In this document: positions 53,225-61,653 of the stretch, piece by piece
How positions within the stretch are numbered: position 1 is the first letter of the stretch
Layout of the letters: each line of letters opens with the position of its first letter
Source: an uncultured Spirochaetaceae bacterium
Lineage (GTDB): Bacteria > Spirochaetota > Spirochaetia > SZUA-6 > DRHE01
Assembly: GCA_964390045.1 (NCBI GenBank)
Contig: CAYMGP010000002.1
Coordinates: 30,326-94,325 of the forward strand
DNA: 64,000 nucleotides
Reading direction: 5' to 3'
The notes under the pieces: model-generated
The model's input: the letters and a program-made list of their open reading frames with translations, nothing else
Databases searched by the model: none
What the model was told of the DNA's origin: nothing
Position numbers and translations under genes: made by a program

Positions 53225-56181
53225 TGAAGAAGATTCGCCCGTTGCGGGTCACCATCAGAACCATGATGCTCATCGGCGGATTTTTGCTCTACCTGGCCGC
53301 TGTCCTGGTAACAGCGGGTCTCAGCATCCGCCATCTGAAGGGAGACTATGCCTCTTCCATGATCGGAGCGGTGAGAACATTTGAAGAGATCATCAGCGAT
53401 CGCTTCCGGGAGAGCGAAGCCATTATCGGGCGACTGATCGCTGAGGTCCCGGGAAACGACGAAGCGCAGATCGCAGACAGAGTCCGGGACCGTCTCAATC
53501 TTCTCGGCTCCCCGGACCTGATTTACAGCGTCGATAAGCGGGGGAGGATCAGCTCCATTGGAGAACCTCATGGGCAGTACTTCGGTTTGGATCTCTCCCA
53601 TATCGAGTATATCGCGAACAAAAACCGTGTATCCGAGGTGCATCAGTCGCTTTTCACCCTCAAGCCCGTGGTCAGCCTCTGCTATGCCTTTTCCTCAGGC
53701 GGACTGCTCGTGCAGGAGAAAGCCCTTCGCTGGATCATCCCCGTGGCCAAGCAATTTCATCAGAACGAGATCATTCGCCGGGGTGAGCTCTTCATCCTGG
53801 CGGAGAACGGGACGGTGGTGTACCACCCGGACCCGCACCTGATGGAGAGCAGGCACAATCTCGGCTTCGAGCTGAAGAAGCACAGGGAGCCGGACTCCCG
53901 GGGACTCCGAAGCTTTACCTACCAGGGCGAGCCATATATAGGGTATCAGGAAGAACTCGAAGTGCCCGCGGGCTGGCGGATTTACTTTATCATCCCCGTC
54001 CGAGTGTTTTTCCACCACGTAGGCAGGATCAGCGTGCAGCTTTTTTTCATCTTCGCCGTACTCTTGGCCCTCTTTGTCGGATTGCTTCATTTTTGGATCG
54101 TTAGGAGACTTACCGTCCCTGTAAACAGGATCGTTTCTTTTCTCTCGGATCGCCCCGGGCATGGACTTCTCGGTCCCATTCCCCCCGCCGTTGCCGCGGG
54201 AACGAGGGAGTTGTCGCTCGTGGTCGAGGCGTACAACGGCCTGCAGGAACGGCTGAAGCAGGCTACCGAGATCCTGCGGGAAAGCGAGGAGCGTTACCGT
54301 CTCCTCGTGGAGACGATAACCGACGGGGTGTTTATCATCGACGTGGATGGCCGGTTCACCTACCTAAACCCCATATTTTCCAAGATGACGGGTTGGCCCG
54401 TCGAGGATTTCGTGGGCCGTCCTTTCACAGAAATCCTGGCGCCCGAATACCGGGACTCCACGGTGGAAATCTTCCGCCGCGGTCTGGCCGGAGAAACCAT
54501 ACCCCCTTACGAGGTGGATATCCTGTGTCGAGACAGCGGCAGGCTCAGCGTAGAGCTTAACGTGACCACAATGCTCGGGCCCGACGGACAGAGGATCGGA
54601 AGGATCGGGGTGGCCCGGGATGTAAGCGGGAGAAAGGAAGCGGAACGAGCTCTTCGGGACTCGGAACAGCGTTTCCGCTCGGTGGTGGAGCACTCCCACG
54701 AAGGTATTCTGGTCGTGGACGAAGCCTCCCACTTCCTATATGTGAACGATCAGCTGTGCAGCATGCTGGGCTACGAGCGGGAGGAGATCATCGGCCGGGA
54801 GTTTCAGGATTTCCTCGACGAAGAAACCAAACGGCTTGTTTCTCAGCGCTACTGGGACAGGCAGAAGGGTCTTGAGGTTCCTTCCCGCTATGAGTTCAAC
54901 TTTGTGCGCAAGGACGGAGTCAAGAGGCTTGTGGAGATCAGCTCTACTGTCATCAGAGATCCATCAGGTCGTGCTAGAACCGTGGCTCAAATACTAGACA
55001 TCACAGAGCGCCGGCGCGTCGAGCAAGAGAAACGCGAGCTGGAAGCTCAGCTTGTACAGGCTCAGAAGCTCGAGGCCGTGGGGATTCTCGCAGGAGGGAT
55101 CGCCCATGATTTCAATAACCTCCTTCAGGCGGTACAGGGCTACACGGAGCTGCTTCTCCTCAGGAGGGGAGAGGAGGAGGGACACCAGGAGCTTCAGGAA
55201 ATCCTGTGGGCTTCAAGGCGTGCCACGGAGCTCACCAAGCAGCTTTTAACGTTCAGCCGCAAGATCGAAAGCAGGCCGCAGCTCGTGGAGCTGAATCAAC
55301 AGATCCGGGAAACGGCCAAGCTCCTGGAGCGAACGCTGTCCAAAATGATAGCCATCGAGCTGGCCTTGGACGGAGACCTGCCGTTGATTCGGATTGACCC
55401 TGGCCAGTTGGAGCAGGTGCTGATGAATCTTGCCCTCAATGCCCGGGATGCGATGCCATCCGGGGGGACAATGAAAGTGTCCTCGAAAAAGGTCGATCTA
55501 GATGAGGAGTTTTGTAAGACTCATCCTGAAATCACTCCCGGTCCGTATATACTCCTGACCGTCATCGATACGGGGCAGGGAATTGCCCCGGAAGATCTGG
55601 AGCGTATTTTCGAACCCTTTTTCAGCACGAAAGAGGTGGGCAAGGGGACCGGTTTGGGACTGGCCATGGTATACGGAATTGTCAAGAACCACAATGGCTA
55701 CATAACGTGCACCAGCGAGCAGGGTAAGGGAAGCACATTCAAAATTTATCTGCCGGCGGCGGAAGCTGCCGAAATAGTGGAGGGAGGACCTGAGAATAAA
55801 ATGGTGGAAGGGGGCTCGGAAACTATCCTGCTTGTGGACGATGAGGAGTCGGTTCGAACGCTGGCCGAGAAAGTACTGAAAATAGCGGGATACCGGGTGC
55901 GGACAGCGGACAGTGGTGAAACAGCACTGGAGATCCTGCGAAGGGCTGAGCAAGAGATCGATGTTGTCATCCTTGATATGATCATGCCGGGCATGGGAGG
56001 AAGCCGCTGCCTCAAGGAGATACTGCAGATCAACCCTCAAACAAGGGTGCTTGTGGCCTCCGGCTTCTTCGAGAATGGCTCAGAAAAAGGCGCGCTGGCA
56101 GCCGGGGCCAGAGGGTTTCTCAGCAAACCATATCACATGAAGGAGATGTTGCGAACCGTACGAACAGTCCTGAATGCCTAA
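53221..56181 (+). CDS. hybrid sensor histidine kinase (periplasmic Cache-like domain, PAS x2, HisKA, HATPase_c, receiver)
   Basis: 986 aa. Two TM helices flank a ~250-aa sensor domain. H-box IAHDFNNLL, G-boxes (GTGLGLAMV), and C-terminal REC (ILLVDDEESVR, VILDMIMPGMGG). Confidence 0.9.
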   Translation: MMKKIRPLRVTIRTMMLIGGFLLYLAAVLVTAGLSIRHLKGDYASSMIGAVRTFEEIISDRFRESEAIIGRLIAEVPGNDEAQIADRVRDRLNLLGSPDLIYSVDKRGRISSIGEPHGQYFGLDLSHIEYIANKNRVSEVHQSLFTLKPVVSLCYAFSSGGLLVQEKALRWIIPVAKQFHQNEIIRRGELFILAENGTVVYHPDPHLMESRHNLGFELKKHREPDSRGLRSFTYQGEPYIGYQEELEVPAGWRIYFIIPVRVFFHHVGRISVQLFFIFAVLLALFVGLLHFWIVRRLTVPVNRIVSFLSDRPGHGLLGPIPPAVAAGTRELSLVVEAYNGLQERLKQATEILRESEERYRLLVETITDGVFIIDVDGRFTYLNPIFSKMTGWPVEDFVGRPFTEILAPEYRDSTVEIFRRGLAGETIPPYEVDILCRDSGRLSVELNVTTMLGPDGQRIGRIGVARDVSGRKEAERALRDSEQRFRSVVEHSHEGILVVDEASHFLYVNDQLCSMLGYEREEIIGREFQDFLDEETKRLVSQRYWDRQKGLEVPSRYEFNFVRKDGVKRLVEISSTVIRDPSGRARTVAQILDITERRRVEQEKRELEAQLVQAQKLEAVGILAGGIAHDFNNLLQAVQGYTELLLLRRGEEEGHQELQEILWASRRATELTKQLLTFSRKIESRPQLVELNQQIRETAKLLERTLSKMIAIELALDGDLPLIRIDPGQLEQVLMNLALNARDAMPSGGTMKVSSKKVDLDEEFCKTHPEITPGPYILLTVIDTGQGIAPEDLERIFEPFFSTKEVGKGTGLGLAMVYGIVKNHNGYITCTSEQGKGSTFKIYLPAAEAAEIVEGGPENKMVEGGSETILLVDDEESVRTLAEKVLKIAGYRVRTADSGETALEILRRAEQEIDVVILDMIMPGMGGSRCLKEILQINPQTRVLVASGFFENGSEKGALAAGARGFLSKPYHMKEMLRTVRTVLNA

Positions 56182-56321
56182 CGTTTGTTCCCGCGCGGTC
56201 CTCGGGTCGGTTTGCCCCGGGTTCCATGGACCATTTTGCCTTCCTCTTTCATCCGGGTCCGCACCGGCTCTTTTTGCTTGCTGCCCCTCTGAGAGGGCTT
56301 TTTCCGATTCCGTTTCTTCAT
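56178..56321 (-). CDS. possible small, highly basic protein (47 aa)
   Basis: MKKRNRKKPSQRGSKQKEPVRTRMKEEGKMVHGTRGKPTRGPRGNKR. GGGGAG lies 6 nt upstream of this ATG. No homology recognised. Part of a longer ORF-track entry (56178..56576) that would overlap rsmI. Confidence 0.2.
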   Translation of the reverse strand: MKKRNRKKPSQRGSKQKEPVRTRMKEEGKMVHGTRGKPTRGPRGNKR

Positions 56322-56402
56322 CGCCATCTCCCCTATAGTTAAAGGTAATGTGGGAAGGCCCGAGATAGCAAATTTATCTTTGTTTGTGTACAGTAGGTTT
56401 CG

Positions 56403-57101
56403 ATGGCTTCTCTGTATGTCGTGGCTACCCCGATCGGAAATCTGGAGGATATTTCGGGTCGGGCTCTCAGGATTCTCGGCGAGGTGGCTGTGATCGCCTG
56501 CGAGGATACCCGCCAGACCTTGAAGCTCTGGAACCACTACGGCCTCAAGGCTTCCCTGACCGCTTTTCACAGCCACAACATGAAAAAAGCGGCACCGCGG
56601 CTTCTACGGCTTCTTGAAAGCGGTAAAGACCTGGCCGTCGTAACGGATGGGGGAACCCCGGGGATATCGGATCCCGGTTCCTACCTGGTTTCCCTGGCCC
56701 GCAGCCGTGGATTCAACGTTGTTCCTGTTCCGGGCCCATCCGCTCTCTCGGCTCTCCTTAGTGTAAGCGGAGCCGCATCCGGCCCGGTTACCTTTGCCGG
56801 TTTTCTTTCCCCCAAGGCGGGTCGCAGGCGCAGGCAGCTCAAAAACTACCTGGATCGTCGGGAGGGCGTCCTGCTTTTCGAATCGCCCCATAGAATACTA
56901 AAGCTTTTGGCCGATTTGCAGACGCTGGCTCCCGAGCGGCTCTGCCTGATCGGGCGGGAGATGACAAAAGTGCACGAAGAGTTCCTGGAAGGTTTTCCCG
57001 CGACACTCTTGACGCAACTGGAGGGAAGGACGAAAATTAAAGGTGAGTTCAGCGTATTTGTCATGCCTGATAAAAAACATCAAGTTGAACTGGATGCGTG
57101 A
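56403..57101 (+). CDS. rsmI: 16S rRNA (cytidine1402-2'-O)-methyltransferase
   Basis: MASLYVVATPIGNLEDISGRALRIL..ACEDTRQT is a typical RsmI N-terminus. Confidence 0.9.
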   Translation: MASLYVVATPIGNLEDISGRALRILGEVAVIACEDTRQTLKLWNHYGLKASLTAFHSHNMKKAAPRLLRLLESGKDLAVVTDGGTPGISDPGSYLVSLARSRGFNVVPVPGPSALSALLSVSGAASGPVTFAGFLSPKAGRRRRQLKNYLDRREGVLLFESPHRILKLLADLQTLAPERLCLIGREMTKVHEEFLEGFPATLLTQLEGRTKIKGEFSVFVMPDKKHQVELDA

Positions 57102-57133
57102 CGATACTGGAAAGTGAAAGGAACACTCTGGCG

Positions 57134-57421
57134 ATGACGATTGAACGAATCGGACCCACGGATCCGGTACAGAGCTTCAAAAAAACAAAGGCCGCTGAAA
57201 AGCCCCGAAAAAGCCAGGGGGCGGACTCGATCAATCTCAGCGAAGAGGCTAAGAGCAAGGCTGAGGTTTACCAGGCCCAAGAAATGGTCAAACAGGCCCC
57301 GGAGATTCGTTGGGAGCTCGTGGAAGCTGCGAAGAAGAGACTTCAGGATCCGTCCTATATTTCAGACAAAGTGATCAATTCGGTGGCAGAACGGTTGATG
57401 GAATATTTCGAGATTACCTGA
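57134..57421 (+). CDS. flgM: anti-sigma-28 factor FlgM
   Basis: 95 aa with Lys/Ala-rich middle and C-terminal ..LVEAAKKRLQDPSYISDKVINSVAERLM.. resembling the FlgM sigma-28-binding helices. GTG at 57098 is an alternative start. Confidence 0.6.
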   Translation: MTIERIGPTDPVQSFKKTKAAEKPRKSQGADSINLSEEAKSKAEVYQAQEMVKQAPEIRWELVEAAKKRLQDPSYISDKVINSVAERLMEYFEIT

Positions 57422-57464
57422 ACCCGGCCCAGGCCGGCTTGTTTATAAAATGAGAGAAGAATGG

Positions 57465-57498
57465 GCGGAGGGACCAGTCATGGGCCTTCCGCTTTTTT
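57465..57498 (+). terminator. rho-independent terminator after flgM
   Basis: Stem GCGGAGGG (57465-57472) pairs with CCTTCCGC (57485-57492, one G-U pair), followed by TTTTTT (57493-57498). Confidence 0.65.
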
Positions 57499-57541
57499 CG
57501 TAGGTGCGTATTTATGCCAGATGCAAGGAGAATGAGCGGCA

Positions 57542-58690
57542 ATGCCTGATATAGCCTTTTCAATCCCAACGGATATTCGTTTCGGACTGGATGTTGTCAA
57601 CAGAACGGCTTCTGTGGTCAGCGAACAGGGTGAGCGGGTCCTTTTGGTGACGGAGGCGATTCTCTATGAAGGCAAGGTGATAGACAGGATACAGGCTCTC
57701 TTTGAAAAAAAGGGGATCCAGTACATCGTGTTCGACGAGGTGGTACCGCACGCTACCAGCGTCGTCGTGGACGAAGGGGTGAAGCTGGCCCGCAGCGCCC
57801 GGGCTGAGATCGTCATCGGTCTGGGAGGCGTGCGCACCCTGTCTGTGGCAAAATGCATAGCCATGGTTGCCTCCGGGGACATGGATATGGATGAGTATCT
57901 GGCCGGCGTACAGCCCACGGGTAAACCCCTCGTCTTCGTGGCCATCCCCACCACCTGCCGCGATCCCTTTTTGCTCGTGGATGAATACCTCGTGACAGAC
58001 GGAAGGGACAGGAGCGCCAAGATCGGCCGTACCCAAAGGGAGATCACCAAGGCGGTGATCGTGGATCCCAAGCTTACAGTTACCCTGCCGCCGAAGTACA
58101 CGGCTACCACTCTGATGGATACGCTGCTGGCTGCGGTGGAGGGCTACCTTTCATCGCGGAGCAATTTCCTCTCCGATACGTTCTTCACTCGGGCCTGCCA
58201 GCTGATAGGGAAAATCATAGGAAAGCTGGTAGACCAGCCGGATGATCTGCGCTTGCGGATCAACGCTTCCATGGCCGGCCTGCTGACAGGCATCGGCTTG
58301 ACGATCAGCAAGACCGGGGTGGGTACGGCTCTTGCCTACGCCATAAACGGCAGTTACATGGTACCCAAATCCTGGATTTCTTCGATCATGCTGCCCCATG
58401 TGATGGAGTTCTACTCCGGGGTGGCTTCAGAGAAGCTCACCACGATCGCAGGGTATCTGGGAGAGGATGTCAGCGATACGGCTCCCGTGGAAGGCGCCGC
58501 CCGGGCTGTAGAAGCCGTCCGACGGGTGATCGGCTCGCTGAGCCTGCCGACCCGCTTGAGGGATTTCGATCTCAATCTGGACGAGATGGTGGACATCGCG
58601 GGAATCGCCCGGAACTTCGATATGATGAATTATCTTCCCCGATCGATATCCACAGAGGATCTCTACGAGCTTATCAAATCAGCCTACTAG
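57542..58690 (+). CDS. iron-containing alcohol dehydrogenase-family protein (metal and NAD motifs degenerate)
   Basis: 382 aa, collinear with family III ADHs such as FucO (..AIPTT.., ..MLPHVMEF..), but the conserved His ligands are replaced (see findings). Confidence 0.7.
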   Translation: MPDIAFSIPTDIRFGLDVVNRTASVVSEQGERVLLVTEAILYEGKVIDRIQALFEKKGIQYIVFDEVVPHATSVVVDEGVKLARSARAEIVIGLGGVRTLSVAKCIAMVASGDMDMDEYLAGVQPTGKPLVFVAIPTTCRDPFLLVDEYLVTDGRDRSAKIGRTQREITKAVIVDPKLTVTLPPKYTATTLMDTLLAAVEGYLSSRSNFLSDTFFTRACQLIGKIIGKLVDQPDDLRLRINASMAGLLTGIGLTISKTGVGTALAYAINGSYMVPKSWISSIMLPHVMEFYSGVASEKLTTIAGYLGEDVSDTAPVEGAARAVEAVRRVIGSLSLPTRLRDFDLNLDEMVDIAGIARNFDMMNYLPRSISTEDLYELIKSAY

Positions 58691-58711
58691 AGAAGGCTCA
58701 AGCCCCGAGCA

Positions 58712-59509
58712 GTGATCTCCATCAAGAAGCTGCAGACACTCCCGCGAAAGACCCGCCTGCGCAAGATCGTAGTACTGCTTCAGGCTGAAGAGCTCGACCT
58801 GGGGCGGGGCAGAAATGCTCACCGGGACTACATTTACGAGCTGGCCCGGCTGCTCGGCGGAGAGAAGGACATCGGCAGGGAGGTTCGGGAACAGGCGCAG
58901 CTTCTCTGTCGTCGAGTGCAGGAGAGGGATTGCGGAGCGGAGCCGCCGCACCGCGAAGTAAACAGGCTGCGCAACGCCCTGCTGCGCTATCTCGGGGCCG
59001 AGCCCGCCGAATGGGATCTGCTGTCACCGGCAGTCGAAGGGCTTGACCCGAAGGCTCGTAGCGTGCTTCCCATCGGCGTGTATCTGGAAGAGATCCGTTC
59101 GCCTTTCAATGTGGGATCGATCTTCCGTTCTTGTGAGGCTTTCGGAGTCGAGCGCATTCTGATTTCCCCCGCGACAGCCTCTCCGCTGCATCCGAGGGCT
59201 GTGAAATCCGCTCGCGGCGCGGTTACCATCATGCCCTGGGGCTTTGCCGAGCTTTCCGCCCTGGAGGAAGGCGACGGGATCTTTGCCCTCGAGCTGGGCG
59301 GAACCCCCCTCCAGGACTTTGTATTTCCCGATCGCGGGCTCATGCTCGTAGGCTCGGAGGAGCTGGGCTTGAGCCCGGAGGCCTTGAACCTGGCAGCCGC
59401 TAAGGCCGGCAGGGTTTCCATCCCCATGGCCGGGGCCAAGCGGTCCCTCAACGTGGCCGTGGCTGTGGGCATCGTCCTGCAGGCCTGGTATCGTGCGTTA
59501 GATATCTGA
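58712..59509 (+). CDS. TrmH/SpoU-family RNA 2'-O-methyltransferase
   Basis: GTG start. C-terminal SpoU knot region ..LMLVGSEELGLSPEAL..VSIPMAGAKRSLNVAVAVGIVL. Confidence 0.8.
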   Translation: MISIKKLQTLPRKTRLRKIVVLLQAEELDLGRGRNAHRDYIYELARLLGGEKDIGREVREQAQLLCRRVQERDCGAEPPHREVNRLRNALLRYLGAEPAEWDLLSPAVEGLDPKARSVLPIGVYLEEIRSPFNVGSIFRSCEAFGVERILISPATASPLHPRAVKSARGAVTIMPWGFAELSALEEGDGIFALELGGTPLQDFVFPDRGLMLVGSEELGLSPEALNLAAAKAGRVSIPMAGAKRSLNVAVAVGIVLQAWYRALDI

Positions 59510-59821
59510 AAAACGTACCGATCGCCAGGTCGGGAACGAGGCATAGAGGCGATCGTCGTACATCCAGGTGCGTACCTGTCTGCCTTTCACCAGCCGTCCG
59601 AGCATGGGATCGATCGTTTCCAGAAGCTCGCGGGGCACATCGCGGAGCGAGGTGAGCAGGATCGAGCGCGGCAGCAGGGTGGAAAGCTCCCTGTCCGGGA
59701 GGTAGGCGAAGGGAGGGTCCCCGTCGTCGCCGCGCACGGTGAGGCAGACCTTTAAACGTCCGGCCTCGATTCGACTCTTGATGGATTCGATGTTTTTGTA
59801 GCTTTTTCGTTTATTCGACAT
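59498..59821 (-). CDS. hypothetical protein
   Basis: 107-aa ORF with no recognisable motif. Its 3' end overlaps the trmH-like gene end by 12 nt (convergent). Confidence 0.4.
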   Translation of the reverse strand: MSNKRKSYKNIESIKSRIEAGRLKVCLTVRGDDGDPPFAYLPDRELSTLLPRSILLTSLRDVPRELLETIDPMLGRLVKGRQVRTWMYDDRLYASFPTWRSVRFSDI

Positions 59822-59850
59822 AACAAAACCCCCGTATTGAACAACGGGGA
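59822..59850 (-). terminator. rho-independent terminator after the OsmC-family gene
   Basis: Minus-strand hairpin CCCCGT..ACGGGG (plus-strand 59830-59835 and 59844-59849), followed on the minus strand by GTTTTGTT. Confidence 0.55.
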
Positions 59851-59866
59851 TTTCGTTGGAATTGCT

Positions 59867-60289
59867 TCAGGCGGAGGGATTTAAAACCAGTTCGTAGCTT
59901 ATCTTTGCGGCTTTTCCCAGCATGGCATGAACGCCGCAGTATTTCTCCAATGAAAGCTTCACAGATTTCTCGATTTTGTCCCGATCCAGCTCCTCGCCAC
60001 TGAAAATGTAGCGGATGATAATTTCATTGTAGACTTTCGGATGTTCGTCCGCCACTTCTCCTACCACCTCGAGCTTGAAGTCGTCGAAAGGCATCCTCAT
60101 TTTGTTCAGCAATGATACGACATCCATTCCCGTACAGCCGGCCAAGCTGGAGAGCAGCAGGGGTTTGGGCTGAGGACCCCGATCCTTTCCGCCGAACTTC
60201 TCATCGGCGTCGATCATAAACCTGTGTCCGTCGAGCTCGACCTCGAAAGCCATCTCTTCCTTCCACGTGACAACGGTTGTCGATGCCAA
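59867..60289 (-). CDS. OsmC/Ohr-family peroxiredoxin-like protein
   Basis: 140 aa with two conserved Cys contexts (LAGCTGMDVV and KYCGVHAML). Confidence 0.8.
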   Translation of the reverse strand: MASTTVVTWKEEMAFEVELDGHRFMIDADEKFGGKDRGPQPKPLLLSSLAGCTGMDVVSLLNKMRMPFDDFKLEVVGEVADEHPKVYNEIIIRYIFSGEELDRDKIEKSVKLSLEKYCGVHAMLGKAAKISYELVLNPSA

Positions 60290-60304
60290 GGCATCCTCCT
60301 CACA

Positions 60305-60535
60305 CTATCGTCTCAGGGCGCGTTCGATTTCCTGTTGATTGAAGCCCACGATGATCTTCCCGTGAACATCGATAACCGGGACCCCCATCTGGCGGGACTT
60401 GCGGAGCATCTCTTCAGCCTTGCGCTGATCCGAAGCCACGTTATACTCTGTGAAGTGAATCCTGCGGTCCCGGAAGTATTGCTTGGCTTTTCGGCAGAAG
60501 CCGCAGCTTGGTGTTGAATAAATCGTTATAGCCAT
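60305..60535 (-). CDS. glutaredoxin-like protein (YruB/NrdH-like)
   Basis: 76 aa. MAITIYSTPSCGFCRKAKQYF with a CxxC redox motif. ..GVPVI.. is typical of the glutaredoxin fold. Confidence 0.75.
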   Translation of the reverse strand: MAITIYSTPSCGFCRKAKQYFRDRRIHFTEYNVASDQRKAEEMLRKSRQMGVPVIDVHGKIIVGFNQQEIERALRR

Positions 60536-60584
60536 AGACGACTCCTCTTCGTGATGTCAAAACTATTATATAGAAATTAGAAAG

Positions 60585-61520
60585 TCAAGATTTGGATGGA
60601 GAACTCGTTTTTCCGGTCTGTGACCTTCTGCGCTCTGCAGAATAGAGAGCAAAAAGCAGAAAAGCGCCCAGCAGAGAAACAACGAAACACAGCGACCAGA
60701 TATGCCGAAGTGCGAAGCGTTCGATGAACTGGGCGGACAACGGCGGGCCGATACCTTGCCCGCTCCACATGATGATGGGTGCGATGGCGTTGAACCGCCC
60801 CCTGTGGGTGATGGGTGCGTGGTTGGCAACGTACACGCTCGAGTTGGTTGCCGAGAGGATTTCCCCGACTGTCCAGATCACGGTGGATAGCAAAAGCAGG
60901 GGAAGGTTGCTTGCCAGACCGATCATGCCGAATCCCACGGCGAAGAACAGGCCCGAGATGGCGACGGTTAGGGCCGGTTTCAACCTGTCTGTAAAATGAA
61001 GCACGAAGGTGGTGAGAACGATCACTGTTAGCGCGTTGAAGCTCATGATCGAACCGAACATTTTCGGCCCCGCGTTGTCGAATACGGCGGACAGCTGCAG
61101 GGGCAGGCTGAAACCGACCTGTGAGTATACGAAGGAAAAGGCGACGTGAATGAACATGAAAGCCAGTAAAAAGGGACGTTGCAGCAGAACCTTCAGCAGC
61201 GACCCGGTTTCCGCCCGCTCGGAACTGCGATCCTCGGCGAAGCTCTTGTCGATCTGTTCTGCGCTCGGCGCCGATTCTCCTACAAAGATGACGATCAGCA
61301 ACACGGCAATCGCCGTTGTGATTGCATCTCCGAGGAAGATCCAGGGCAGGTAACGATTGAAGAGAAATCCGGCGATCATTGGCCCGACGGCGAAGCCGAT
61401 ATTGTGTCCCAGATACAGCAGGCTGAAGGCCGCTTTTCGCTGCTCGGCCCTTGTAAGATCTATGATCATGGCGTCGTTCACCGGTTCGGCCACGCCGTGG
61501 CAAAAAGAGGATGCGATCAA
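60585..61520 (-). CDS. MFS transporter, apparently lacking its N-terminal helices (possible pseudogene or truncated gene)
   Basis: The 311-aa ORF begins inside what looks like TM4 (..ASSFCHGVAEPVNDAMIIDLTRAEQRKAAFSLLYLGHNIGFAVGPMIAGFL). The open frame extends only about 25 codons further upstream to a TGA and has no ATG or GTG. Confidence 0.55.
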   Translation of the reverse strand: MIASSFCHGVAEPVNDAMIIDLTRAEQRKAAFSLLYLGHNIGFAVGPMIAGFLFNRYLPWIFLGDAITTAIAVLLIVIFVGESAPSAEQIDKSFAEDRSSERAETGSLLKVLLQRPFLLAFMFIHVAFSFVYSQVGFSLPLQLSAVFDNAGPKMFGSIMSFNALTVIVLTTFVLHFTDRLKPALTVAISGLFFAVGFGMIGLASNLPLLLLSTVIWTVGEILSATNSSVYVANHAPITHRGRFNAIAPIIMWSGQGIGPPLSAQFIERFALRHIWSLCFVVSLLGAFLLFALYSAERRRSQTGKTSSPSKS

Positions 61521-61653
61521 CAGCCAGGGAATGAGCCTAGAGATGCCCAGGAACGCACAGGGAACCAGAGTGAGGCCGGCCAGGGAGTGGAAGACGATTC
61601 AGTCCTGCGTAGGTCTTGAACAGCTTGTTACGAAGCACAGCGCAAAACGCTTG

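Noticed and set aside
56880-57133. Sigma-28 promoter for flgM inside the rsmI 3' end
   Set aside because: A TAAAGCTTTTGGCCGATTT segment near 56900-56918 contains TAAA and GCCGAT, but they are only about 7 nt apart instead of about 15 nt. It is not a credible sigma-28 promoter. flgM is probably co-transcribed with rsmI.
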